Shown here in pieces: positions 37,516 to 49,875 of a DNA stretch of 64,000 nucleotides (position 1 is its first letter; each line of letters begins with the position of its first letter). Below the pieces are notes generated by a model. It did no database searches. It saw only the letters and a list, made by a program, of their open reading frames with translations, and was not told where the DNA came from. Location: contig NC_058368.1 in NCBI RefSeq assembly GCF_018350175.1, positions 16,928,001 to 16,992,000 on the forward strand, written 5' to 3'. The position numbers were made by a program, and so were the translations under genes. The stretch is from Felis catus (Eukaryota).

Positions 37516-38660
37516 GCTACGAGTTAGGTTAATGTATCCCCAGTCAAAATGAGATTGGCTCCTAAGGCTCTATGATCATAAAGTCTAACTTGCAAATCAT
37601 TACATGTTTTGCTATCATGTTCCTAGAATTCTACTAAATATTTTTCTAAAATGAGAAAGGGTACTTCTGGAACGGGCTTCATTGCTTGCTTTTGAACATT
37701 TCTGTGATCTCACTTTGCTGGAGAAATTTAACATTCCATAATCCGTATAAACACAGACTCCTTTTTAGTGTGTGTGTGTACACACATATGCACACAACAA
37801 AGAGAATTGTGAACACTTGAGGAGCAGGTTTATGGCTCTATTATCTACTCTGTGATATAGAGGGTGTTGTAATTTTGTCTTTGGATGCAAAACAGCGGCC
37901 AACTTTGGCAGACAAACACAGAGAGCCAGTTTTTGGCATAAATCTCTGATTTTCTGGCAAAACTCGTTAGCAATGTAAAAACTGTTATTGAGAGCATATT
38001 GTGATGATACATCATGTCAATATTTGTTTGGCTGTGTAACACTGGGTTTAATAAATTATGTCTTAAATGCACAATTTACAACTGATGAGCTGTTTAGAAA
38101 TAAACTGTATGTGGTATTTGTTGTCAGCGCGACAAACATTTTAACGTCTCAAGTACTTGCCTCCCTGATTGTCGAGATAAATGTATGGCTGGATTAGGGC
38201 TCGTTGAGTTCTCCTTCAGTGTGCAAATTACGCAGCAATGAATAAATGAGTGAGTCACAGAGGTCTTAATCCCTTGTGACTTCTGCCATAAATGCATTAT
38301 TATCTGCTAGACTATTTTACTTGACATTTCGGTTGTGGCATAGTGTCAAAAATGACTTAAAAAATGTTGTTGTTGTTGTTGTTGTTGTTGAATTATTAAA
38401 TCATTTTTTGTTTCCTTTCTTGGTATGTGAGAAAGGTCCACCTGGCACCTTGAGCCTTAAACCGAAACCATAAAGGAAGCATCACTATTAACTTCTTTCT
38501 AAAAAAAAAATAGTGCCTCTGGACAACTAATATTTATTGAGCCTTTACCATGTATTAGGCACAAGGTTTTATGTTTCGCATTCTTATTGAATCCTCATTG
38601 TAATCTATAGGTCAATAATATCTTTTCGCCATACTTTAGATTAAGAAGCTAGAACTTTCA

Positions 38661-38873
38661 GGGGCACCTGGGTGGCACAGTTGGTTAAGCGACCGACTTC
38701 GGCTCGGGTCATGATCTCAGTTTGTGGGCTCAAGCCCCCAGGGGGCTCTGTGCTGACAGCCCAGAGCCTGGAGCCCGCTTCTGATTCTGTGTCTCCCTCT
38801 CCCTCTGCCCCTCCCCCACTCGTGCTTTGTTTCTGTCTCAAAAATGAATACACATTAACAAAAAAAAAAAAAA
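38661..38873 (+). mobile_element. Can-SINE
   Basis: TSD aagctagaactttca. Confidence 0.94.
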
Positions 38874-39229
38874 GCTAGAACTTTCAGAGATTGGTAATTT
38901 TCCCAAGGTTCTACAACTAATAAGCAGTGAAGATGTAACTCTACCCTTACCCATGCAGCCCCTGGACATGCCCTCCTAGCCAATGCTTTGCACGGCCCCT
39001 CTGACTGGGGCCCTGGGGAGTTAGTGTAGTTCAAAACCCAGAAAGCCGGTGCCTCCCACTTGCCACCTTCTTCTGCCTATTTTTTTCTTCCTCACTCTCT
39101 TCACCTCGTTAACCCTCCCGTGTTAAAGCCAGTGAAAAAGGAGGATGGCATGAATACAACTGCACCCCTGTTTCTTCCTGCTGCTTCATAGCTAGCTACT
39201 TGAAATTCTTTGGTTCCTTTATTCAGGCA

Positions 39230-39440
39230 TTTTTGTTTTAATGTTTATTTATTTATTTGAGAGAGATAGAGACAGCATGAATGGGGGAAGGCACAGAGGG
39301 AGAGAGATAATCCCCAGCAGGCTCCGCGCTGTCGGCACAAAGCTTGATGGGGGGGTCCATCTCACATGGGGCCCAATCTCATGAACCTGAGCTGAAACCA
39401 AGAGTCAGAGGCTTAACTGACTGAGCCACCCGGGTGCCCC
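39230..39440 (-). mobile_element. Can-SINE
   Basis: SINE body, head cgggtgcccc. Confidence 0.9.
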
Positions 39441-39994
39441 ATGCTGGCATTTATCTGCCAAGCATGCAAAGATGGAGAAGACCCGTTCGCTGCCCTTCAC
39501 AGTTCAAGTCCATGCTCCAAAAAGGCTTGGAGAGGGGCTGTGATGGCAGCAGTTTCTAGCTACTTCAGCCATCATAGATATGATTGGATGTTCCCATCCT
39601 TTGGTTAAGGCCTGACAAAGTCCCGTTACAGCTTCCTACTCGCAAAAATTTAGGCTACACCAGATGATTTAAATGGTGTCCAGCGAAGAGTAGAAGAGCC
39701 CTGAGGCCAAGGTCCATGAGTCTGGAGATAAGGTAAGAAACTGTATGTAAAACAAAAAAGGCAAGGCCAGGAAACAAGGGAGTAACCAAAGGAGAGGGAC
39801 AAAAGTAGGTAAAAACTTAGAACTCAGGAAGTAAGATAGAACTAGAAATTCTAAACTGGATGACTGGTCAAGAATCAGAAAGTCCGTGGGTAATGGAAAG
39901 GTCAAGGCGTGCTAGGTATTTCGGGGTATGAACCGGCTAGAGCAGTGGGTAAATTCGTGTTGACGTGTCTCAGGGGGTGTTCAGAAATCAGAAT

Positions 39995-40195
39995 TTTTTT
40001 TAATATTTATTTTTGGGGGGAGTGCAAGCGGGGGCGGGGTTGGGGCAGAGAGAGGGGGACAGAGGATCTGAAGTGGGCTCTGTGCTGACAGGCTGACAGC
40101 AGTGGGCCCAATGTGGGGCTCGAACCCACGAATGGCGAGATCGTGACCTGAGCCGAAACCGGTCGCTCAACCGACGGAGCCACCCAGGTGCCCCC
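39995..40195 (-). mobile_element. Can-SINE
   Basis: TSD cagaaatc(a/g)gaa. Confidence 0.92.
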
Positions 40196-40549
40196 AGAAA
40201 TCGGAAGTTTAATTTGGCACAACTACTGTCGCAGCCAAGAAGCAGGAGAAAATCTGAAGTCAAGGACCTGATCCGTTCAGTCCTTCTGGTGAGAACCAAA
40301 GAACCACATTAGGAGATTGCTCAAATAGGCTAATAGAAAATAGTGTGTTATTAGGACAGATACAGGCACTGCACATAGTTATGCTTTTCAGAAACTTCAC
40401 TGAAAATGAGCACTAAGTAGAATAATGGTGTCTTCAAATTATTTTTCAACTGCAAATTATTGCTCTTGTAATAACTAGAGTGACAGTATCAGTGTAACAA
40501 GATGATGTCTAAAGTAAGAAATGTCAATTTTAAACTGTAAGCCTATATA

Positions 40550-41140
40550 CAGTATTGGTTTGCTCAGGCTGCTGTAACAAAGCAACAGAAACCGGGTGGC
40601 TTATGTAATAGAAACTTATCTGACAAACAGTTCTGGAGCCTAGAAGTCTGAAACCAAGTGGTCAGAAGGGCTGGTCCCTTTCGATGGCTCTGAAGGATTC
40701 CACCCTTCTCCTTGACGGGTCGACAGCGCTCTGCTCCCCGTCTCTTCACATCTTCCTCCCCCTGTGTTTATTGTCTCTTTATTCTAACTTGCCCTTTTTA
40801 TTTATTTTTTCTTAGTGTTTATTTATTTTTGAAAGAGAGCGAGAGAGTGGGGGAGGGGTAGTGAGAGAGGGAGACACAGAATCGGAAGCAGGCTCCAGGC
40901 TCTGAGCTGTCAGCACGGAGCTGGATGCGGGGCTCGAACTCACGAAGGTCATGACCTGAGCCGAAGTCGGAGGCTCAGCCGACTGAGACACCCAGGCACC
41001 CCTAACTTGCCCTTTTTAAAGGAAACCAGTATATTGAATTAAGACCAATACTAAACACCTCACCTTAACCAAACTAATTATATCTAATGACCCAATTTCC
41101 AAATTAGATGACCTTCTGGGGACTAGACCTTAGGATGCCA
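40550..41140. mobile_element. MaLR (MLT1-like) solo LTR interrupted by a SINE
   Basis: 'gtattggtttgctcaggctgctgtaacaaag...acagttctggagcctagaagtctgaaaccaag' ... 'cacc ttaacc...cccaatttccaaat' is typical MLT1 LTR text. Confidence 0.8.
40797..41002 (-). mobile_element. Can-SINE nested in MLT1
   Basis: TSD ctaacttgcccttttt. Confidence 0.94.
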
Positions 41141-42859
41141 ACATGCCTTTTGTTTGGTTGTTTTGTTGTTATGCAGGTGGTTGGAGAAGAGGACGCAATT
41201 CAACCTATGATAGCCTACCTCATGCTGTCGGTCAGTCACAGCTTTCCCGATAAGGCTATAGGTGAAATATATATATGAAGTACAAAATGTGCCGCCTGCC
41301 CCCATCCTTGCCTATGTGAATAGAATTGACAAATCCAATCAGAAATTTATGAATAAAGCCCCATAATGTAAAAAGTCAGTTGAGTCCATTGGTATAAGTT
41401 TCCCTTCTAGGAAAGTGAAATGCATTTTAATCCCCAAATTTCACTTCGCCTCTTCCAACAACACATCGCCTAGCGCCAACGCAACACCACGGCAAGACTA
41501 TGACATTGAGTTACTCTGTTCTTTGGGTCCTCCCCTGGGAACACGGAACAGTACCCCAGAGGCCTACAGCTGAAGGAACAGAAGTTCTGGCCTGTAATTC
41601 AGAAACCTTAACGAGGAGTCCCCAAACAGTCATCAGCTTGAGTTTTGGACCGTGGCTGAAAACTTGTATCTGTAAGATTTCTCAACTTAGATGTTTTACT
41701 GTACACAACCATATCATTCAAACAAACGAAAAGTTGTTCTTTCATTTTATTTTTCTTTTCAGTACCCAGACTGCTTTCCATTGCCTACAAAACTTACAAA
41801 GATGCAACAAGCTGGATCCATCATTCAAACTACCCATCTGATACAAAAAAAAAAAAAAAAGTGTGTGCATCCAAAGTGTCCTCTGAAAGAACGACATGTA
41901 AGCAGAGAGAAGCTGTTAACCTGGAGGCTTCATATTAAATGGGAAATGGAAACAGCAGAGCCAATTATAGGTACATTTCTGCTTGTTGAGGAGACTTCAA
42001 AATAGAAGTTTTTTTTAAAAATCTGCCTCTAAAGATTTTCTTTTCAGTAAAACTGAAAAAAATATGTGATAGGCCATATATAAAAAAGAACATCCATCCT
42101 GCCTGCCAAAGTAATCGTTCACTTCCCCTTCCCAGATTCCAGGCACAGGATAATTGCCTCTCGGAGATGCTTTGTTGTTTTAGGCGTTCTAAATAAACCT
42201 CTCTCCGGTGGCCCCTCTTAACAGCAGCACCCCCCAGGAACCCGCCATTGAGCCTTGAAACTGTAATTTGTTTCAGGCACTCCGAGCAAAATACATTGTC
42301 TCCCAATCTCTAAACTTGATAATTAGGTGTATTTAGTTAGAGTTAAAAATAAAATAAAGTGGAAAGTTATCCAGGTGCAAGTTATCAACCTGAAGAGATG
42401 GCAGAACAGAGCGGGGGACTTCAGAAAGCAGACACATTTTTGGTGCGCGTCACATGTTGCAGACACTTTGCTGAGTGCTTTATCCAACGTACCTCTTACT
42501 TCTTCCCAGTGATCCGTTTAGGTATGTATTTTATGGATGTTGAGGGAGCGGAAATGACTTATGCACCAAGTAAATGGTAGAAGTGGGAGTCAAACCCACA
42601 TTTGTTTGAGTCCAAAGCTTACATTCCTTCCACTCATTTCCAGCAATTGAGGCATAGGAAGAGAATGTGCAGAGCATGCCAATTTAATTTTTTAACCCAT
42701 TGCATTCTGGTCCCTGGCGTCTTGATATCAGAATTCTGTCTCTGCTACATCTCACCCTGCACCCTTGACCCATAAAGCCTTTACAGGCATTCTAGTATCC
42801 ATTCTTTAGGGCGTGCTATTCTTGCCTAGAATGTCCATTTCTGCTCCTCTCTCTCCGCA

Positions 42860-43060
42860 AGGTTCTTAACTAGGTGCAGTGACACTCTTCTAGGAGACGT
42901 GGGAAAGTCTGTACGGAGTTTATGGTTGTCATGATGGGGGTGCTATAAGCACCGGAAGCTGGAGCTGCTTAGCAGTCTGCGAGGCCATGCCTCCTGGACA
43001 GCCCTGGACAGCAGAGAACCGCTCTGTAAAATGTCTATTGAGCCCCACCAGGAGCGTTGA
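42860..43060. mobile_element. MER20-like hAT relic
   Basis: 'aaggttcttaac...tttatggttgtcatgatgggggtgcta...ggacagccc...aaaatgtctat'. Confidence 0.5.
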
Positions 43061-43289
43061 CCCTGAATGTCACTCATCCCTCCAGCGCCACCACCTGCAC
43101 GAAGTGGTTAATGTCCCATACCCTTGGACCTGAAATGATGTGCCCCTCCTCAGGAATTCAGAAAGTCTTCTCATGTGCGTTTAGTGCTAACGAGTTTGAA
43201 TTTAATTGTTAGTTATCTTCTCTTATTGTTTTATGCTTCTTTAATCACAATCAAGACAGCAAATATTCATGTAGCTTATATAGCGTGAA

Positions 43290-43500
43290 TTTGCCAGTCA
43301 TTGCTTTCAGTGTTTTATGCATATATGAACTCACTTAATCCTCCCAGTAACACTACGGATTTTTTTTTTCTCATTTTGCAGACAGAAAAACTGAGAACAG
43401 AGAGATTACTTAACCTGCATGGAGTCACAGGATTCACAAGTATTGAGGGCTATGATTCAAACGCAGAGATTTTGGCTCCAGACTCTGATTCTTTTAACTT
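43290..43500. mobile_element. MIR relic
   Basis: 'cacttaatcctcccagtaacact...cattttgcagacagaaaaactgag' MIR core. Confidence 0.65.
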
Positions 43501-44820
43501 CCAAATTTGATAGCCTTTCCAGAGAAACATGTCCTGAGTGCCTACTATAGACCAAACACAAAAATAAAACTTTAGTTTTTAGAAAACATCAATAAAACTC
43601 TGGAGTAACATACAGAAGATCCAAAGATGGACGCTTAACCCAGCTAAAGGGGATAAGGAAGGTCTCCCAGAAGGATGAACTAAAATCTGGAGCATCAAGT
43701 TCAGGGCAAGAAGCAATGGAAAATGAGGCTGGAGAGTCAGCAGAGACAGATCACAGCGGAGTCGCGTCAACTAGCTTACGCCTAATCTTGCAGTTAGGAG
43801 CTTTTAATCGAGTGGTTACCCACTGTCGTCAGAGTTTTGCCAATATTACCCCGGCATCTGTGTGAACATGATGTGAGGAGAATAAGATCGACAACAGGGA
43901 CGGCCATTAGGAGGCTGTGTTGTGCAGAGTAAAAGATGTGGTCGGGGATGGTGGTAACCATGACGATGATGGCACGTGCCTGCCTGAGCGAGGGCATCAC
44001 TACCTCTGCCACGGCCTGGGGTGGACTGTTCTCTCCAGGCCACGTTGAATCCCCCACCTTTCGTCCACCTTCCTTCGGTGTCCACCTGCTACAGCCCCGC
44101 ATGGACCCTACAACTTTGCTTGGATAAGTGGATTGCAAATCAAGCATGTAGTTCTTATACTCAAACGGAGAGACGACGTCATGCACGGAGGTGAACATTC
44201 AGCCAGGGATCGTAGCATCTGGATTCAGTTCTGGTGTTGCGTTTGATTACTTGTGTCTCTTAACATCTAGGAATATATTTCATTATCCGTACAAACAGGG
44301 GCACTTTTGGAAAGGCCAGAAATAGAGAAGGTGTCCATTAGCTTTTTCAGGGATGAATGTTACCTATCTCCTGAATACTAAATGGTTATTTTATTATAAT
44401 CCTGGGAAGTCTTTAAATGTCTTTTTCTTATTTTGGAAGAGACACCTCCGTTTTATCATTTTGCCTAAAACAAGCTTAAAGTTATTACCTTTAAATCTGC
44501 AAACTAGCCAGGCTGTGCCCTTGGTTCACTTCTTTGGAAATTCTATGGAAGTCAGTGGGATGTGGAAATGATTATCTGACAGCTGAGCCTGGCCTGTGTT
44601 CCTGTGTGATTAGCATGGCGGGAGGCCAGATAGAACTTGGGAAGCAAAGGGCTGTATTTGCATGAACAGTGCCCCTGGAACGTAAATTTTAAAGGGGATG
44701 CATGAGGGAAATAATGACTCCAACAGACCCGTCTGGTCCTCTGTTTTCATCTTCACCTACCAAGCACCCTTCGCTGTAAAGATACAAGATATCTGTTACA
44801 TACGTACATATATATATATT

Positions 44821-44855
<35 letters not shown>

Positions 44856-45864
44856 GGGAGGGGGTGGGGGTGGGGGGTGGGTGTGTTTTCTGTGCTTGGT
44901 GTGTTAGTCTGTGACGTCTGTCTGTGTTGGGTGCCGTGTATGTCTCTGTTTCAGGCAAGATGAGGACTGGAAGGGATCCCCAGGGAAGTCACACAGCAGG
45001 TAAATATCTCAAGCCTTAGCACGGTTTTCATACTTAGCAGTTTATGCACCTGTGTTCCCATGTGTATTGTGTGTGACTGCAGCCCAGAGTCTGTGTGTTC
45101 TCACTCTGTACTCAGCGTGATGTTTGGCACACAGAAAGAGATCAAAATTTGTTGAGTTTCTTGTGATCAAATCCGCCCCAATTTTGCTAATCAGTTTGGA
45201 GCGATTGCTTCTTCTTTTTGTATGCGGCTCTGGGAATTTCTCTCAAGCAAGGAAAATAAAGTGGTTTTTGATATATATGGCAGAGAGAGCGTTAATCCTA
45301 AGATGGAGGGGTCTTTGCAAACTCAAGAAAAGAGCACTCACTGGGGAATAAAAATTCGCTGAAAAAGGAATTCAAATAACTTATAAGTGGATTTAAACAT
45401 TTTCAAACTCCCGGCAATCAGAGATGCAAAATAATACAATATGATGCTATTTCGTCCATCAAAATGCCAAAGATTAAAATCTAAAGATGATGCTCAGAGT
45501 TGGTAAAGATGCAAAAAATAGATACTCTTACACAGGCCGGGTGTAAGTGGAAAGTGATTCAATGTTTCTGGAGGGCCTCTGGTAACATTGTCACAAGTCT
45601 CAAATATCTCCTTTTAACCTGTATTTCCATTTTCAAGAATTTATTAAGTGGAAGTGATAAGACATGTGAAGAAAGGTTTCTGTACAAGAATATCCATCGC
45701 ATTACATATAAAAGCAAAAAAAGAAAACATAAAGGAAATAATTTAAATGTTAAACAATAGAGATTCAGGTATAAAAGTATATTGCACATAAAATGTAGCA
45801 ATACCATTGGAAAATATTCATGATAAAATATTAAATAAAAATAATGTATAAGACTACATATATA

Positions 45865-46110
45865 GGGGTGCCTGGGTGGCTCAGTCGGTTAAGCATCTGA
45901 CTTCAGCCCAGGTTATGATCTCAAGGTTTGTGGGTTCAAGCCCCACATCCGGCTCTGTGCTGACAACTCAAAGCCTGGAACCTGCTTCGGATTCTTTGTC
46001 TCCCTCTGTCTCTCTACTCCTCCCCTGCTTGTGCGCTCTCTCTCTCTCTCTCTCTCTCTCCCTCTCTCTCCCTCTTTGTCTCAAAAATAAATAAATACAC
46101 ATTAAAAAAA
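45865..46110 (+). mobile_element. Can-SINE inside an old L1 3' relic (about 45380-46230)
   Basis: TSD agactacatatata. Confidence 0.93.
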
Positions 46111-46519
46111 GACTACATATATAATGTACAAAATATTATATAACTGCTTCAATTTGGGCAGTGGTTAGGTGATTTAAATTTTTTTGACATTTTTATATTC
46201 TCCAAATTTTTAATATGAGAGCATGTGTTCCCTGTGTGTCTGTGTATGTTTAATCTTAATTTTTAAAAGTTGCCGCTATTGAATATGTATTACAAAAAGA
46301 ATAAAGTTTGTTGAGAATCTGTTAAGATTTTGGAAATCCTGAATGTTCAATGTACTACCTCTAGATATTTATTCAGGAGAGAAATGCCATAATTTCCCTC
46401 TTTTCTTCTACTTCCTTGGACAGTTCCTAATGCTTCAGTTGCTTGCTGAGTATCAAGTCAGCTAACATTTTTTCACTGTCAGACACTGCTTCTAAATGCA
46501 TTGTTTTGTCTTTTTTTTT

Positions 46520-47370
46520 TTATATACTTAGGTATTTCATCTGTTTGATGTGGTTGCAAACGGCACTGTTTTCTTAATTTCTCTCTCTGATAGTTTGTGA
46601 TTAGCGTATAGAAATGCAACTGATTTTTATGTATTGATTTTGTATCTTGCAAGTACTGAATTCATTTATTAGTTCTAAGAGTTTTTTTGTGGATTCTTTA
46701 GTTTTCTACACATAATGTCGCGTCATGTGCAAACAGAGACAGCTTTATTCCTTCCTTTCTGATCTGGATGCCTTTTATTTCTTTTTCTTGCCTAATTGTT
46801 CTGGCCAGGACTTCCAGTACTATGTTGGGAAAAAGTTCTGAAAGTGAGGGGCACCTGGGTGGTTCAGTCGGTTAAGTGGCTGACTTCAGCTCAGGTCATG
46901 ATCTCGTGATCTGTGGGTTGGAGCCCTACATACAGCTCAAAGCCTGGAGCCTGTTTCAGATTCTGTGTCTCCCTCTCTCTCTGCTCCTCCCCAGCTCATG
47001 CTCTGTCTCTCTCTGTCTCTCAAAAATGAATAAATGTTAAAAAAAATTTTTTTAAAGTGCTGAGAATGAGTATCCGTGTCCTTCTCCTGATTTTAAAGGA
47101 AAAGCTTTCAGTTTTTCGCCATTAGGTCTGCTGGTAGCTGTGAGCATGTCCTAAGTGGCCTTTATGTTAGAGCTACATTTCTCCTATACTCAAGTTGGTT
47201 GAGAGTTTTTCTCATGAATCAATGTTGAATTTCATCAAATGCTTTTTCTACATCTATTGAGATGACCATATCATTTTTATTCTTCATTTTGCTAATGTGG
47301 TTTTTCACAGTGGTTGATTTGCTGATGCTGAGCATCCTTGCATCCCTGGAATAAATTCTACTTGATCATT
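46520..47370 (-). mobile_element. L1 ORF2 (RT region) fragment with a nested + strand Can-SINE at 46848-47053
   Basis: 'aaaggaaaagctttcagtttttcgccatt', 'tgttgaatttcatcaaatgctttttctacatctattgagatgacc'. Confidence 0.85.
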
Positions 47371-47559
47371 TTTTTTTGTCTTTAACCAAGTGATTGTTTT
47401 TTATTCTAAATAATACATGCTCATAGAAGTTTTTTAAATATTGAAATGTGTAAAGAATGAAGTAAAAGTTTCCTATGAACTCACTTTCAAGTTGTTTTAC
47501 TGTTGGTTTTTTGTTTCTTTTCAAAACTTGCTACATTTGTTGCATACAACTGACAATAT

Positions 47560-48110
47560 TTTTAATAATATTTATTGGACATGTCTGTATTCTAAATTTT
47601 TCTCTAGGCACTGGGGAGACATTGGAACTAAGTGTACTCACGTCCCTTAAAGACTTTTGATTTTAGTAGAGTAACAAATAAAAATAAAAAAAAAGTATAT
47701 AAAATAATATTAGGAAATAAGTGCTAGGAGCAAACAATAAAGCAGGATAGGAGAATAATAAGTAATGGGAAGGACGGTGTTAGTTAAGGGGGTCAGAGAT
47801 GGCTTTCTTGAGGAGGTGTTTTGTGCACAGCGTGAATGAGTTGAAGGACCACATTCTTAACGGGGAGACAAGCCTGTCTGGCAGAGGGAAGATGGATGTA
47901 AAGTCCACAAGGCAGAAGCCAAGGTGGCACGCTCCAAGAGCACCAAAGGGCTCAGTGCGACTGGAGTAGAGACCATGAGGACAAGAGCAGGAGAAAATGA
48001 GGTCAGAGGAGCATACAGATCATAGAGAATTTGTTAAATTCTTTGGATTTCATTCTAGTGTTGTGTGAAGTCACTGGAGCATTTAGCAGAATGATGTGAT
48101 ATGATTTGCA
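47560..48110. mobile_element. L2 relic
   Basis: 'ggtcagagatggctttcttgaggaggtg', 'tttggatttcattcta...gtcactggagcattt...atgatgtgatatgattt'. Confidence 0.65.
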
Positions 48111-48132
48111 TTTTTTAAAAAAAATTTTAATG

Positions 48133-48370
48133 TTGGGGGGGGGACAAAACAGAAGAGACTCATAAATATGGAGAACAAACTGAGGGTTGCTGGAAGGGTT
48201 GTGGGAGGGGGGATGGGCTAAATGGGTAAGAGGCACCAAGGAATCTACTCCTGAAATCATTGTTGCACTATATGCTAACTAATTTGGATGTAAATTTAAA
48301 AAAAAAAAACTAAAAAATAAAATTAAAAAAAAATAAAATAAATAAAATAAAAATAAAAAATAAAATAACA
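48133..48370 (+). mobile_element. Young carnivore/felid L1 3' end with poly-A
   Basis: 'gagaacaaactgagggttgctggaagggttgtgggagggggg...aatctactcctgaaatcattgttgcactatatgctaactaatttggatgtaaattt' plus A-rich tail. Confidence 0.9.
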
Positions 48371-49664
48371 TTTTTCTTAGTGCTAAATGAAGAATCAGCT
48401 TTATATCTCTGGCCTTTAAAATGGGCTCATACTGCCAAGGATGTTATTTAGTGCTTCAGATGGGAGACAACTTTGAGAACCACTAAGTCCATAAGAAATG
48501 TTATCTGATACACATACATGTGTATACATGCATATATATATAAGGAACATATTTCTGCCTACAAAAATATTGGAAGTCTGAATAGTTTTAGCTATGTATT
48601 CTCCTTGCATATTGCATTCCCTAATAAATTTGCCATAAGGAACATGAATTGGCTTCTCTATACAGTGATTTATAATAAAAGGAGAGAACATCTGATTTGT
48701 CTCAGCTTTTGAAATAAAGCACATTTTTATTAAGTTGTGCTTGACAGAAGCAGTTACAATTTGGCACTACTGGGAACCTTTTCTTTCTCTTACAGATTTT
48801 ATTGACATATTGGGATGGATTTATCTTTTTACTGAAGGGTAATTGTCAGAGCAATTATGGGCTGTGGTGATTTGTGAATTTCTTTACCCTGACTTTCGAC
48901 TATTTGCGCGTGAACTTTAATATATAAATAAAAATTAAATTTATTCAGTAAAGATTGGTCTTCATTCAAAACATTGATTTCTCCCTCATAATTTCATTGA
49001 GTACAATTGATCCAAGGTATCTTTACTTTGACTATATCCTTGATTTTAGGATAAACACGACACAGCTATCTCCAGAACTTGGAGAAGAATCTGTTACCAG
49101 GTCAGTCTGACTTTTCAGGCTGGCGATGCCACCCTGGACTCTTAATGGAGAAGGAATGTCTCATAATTAAATGACAGACAGATTTGGATTCAAATCTTGG
49201 ATTATTTTTGTTTATTTCACAGTAAAATAAATTAAAAAAAAATGACACGAAGCATGAACCAGTACATGTGGAAGTACCTGGAAAGATGCTCAGTAGAAGT
49301 TAGCTTAATTTTTTCCCTTATCATTGTCTTTCTTTGCCCCCACCTTCTTCCCAACAAAACAAACAAGGATTGTATTTTTGTTGTCTTGTAAAAACAATTC
49401 AAAGATAATTATTTATATTCTCATTGCATATGAACATCTTCCATTTCTTTACCATCTGTACTCCCATTACTCTCTGGGTAGGTAAATGTTTATCCCTTCT
49501 TATTTCTCCTATTTGATTTAAAAATGTAGTCCCCTCTTTTTAGGAACCCAGAAAATATACATTATCAGCTACGGTGGAAATATGATTAGCTGCGGAGTAG
49601 TCATTCCCTAGTAAAGTAGGGTTTACTGGGTGAGGACCCCTCACAACTCCTTGTGCTTTCTTTT

Positions 49665-49875
49665 TTTTCAACGTTTTATTTTTTATTTTTGGGACAGAGA
49701 GAGACAGAGCATAAACAGGGGAGGGGCAGAGAGAGAGGGAGACACAGAATCGGAAACAGGTTCCAGGCTCTGAGCCATCAGCCCAGAGCCTGACGCGGGG
49801 CTCGAACTCACGGACCGCGAGATCATGACCTGGCTGAAGTCGGACGCTTAACCAACTGCGCCACCCAGGCGCCCC
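49665..49875 (-). mobile_element. Young cat-type Can-SINE
   Basis: TSD ctccttgtgctttctttt. Confidence 0.96.
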
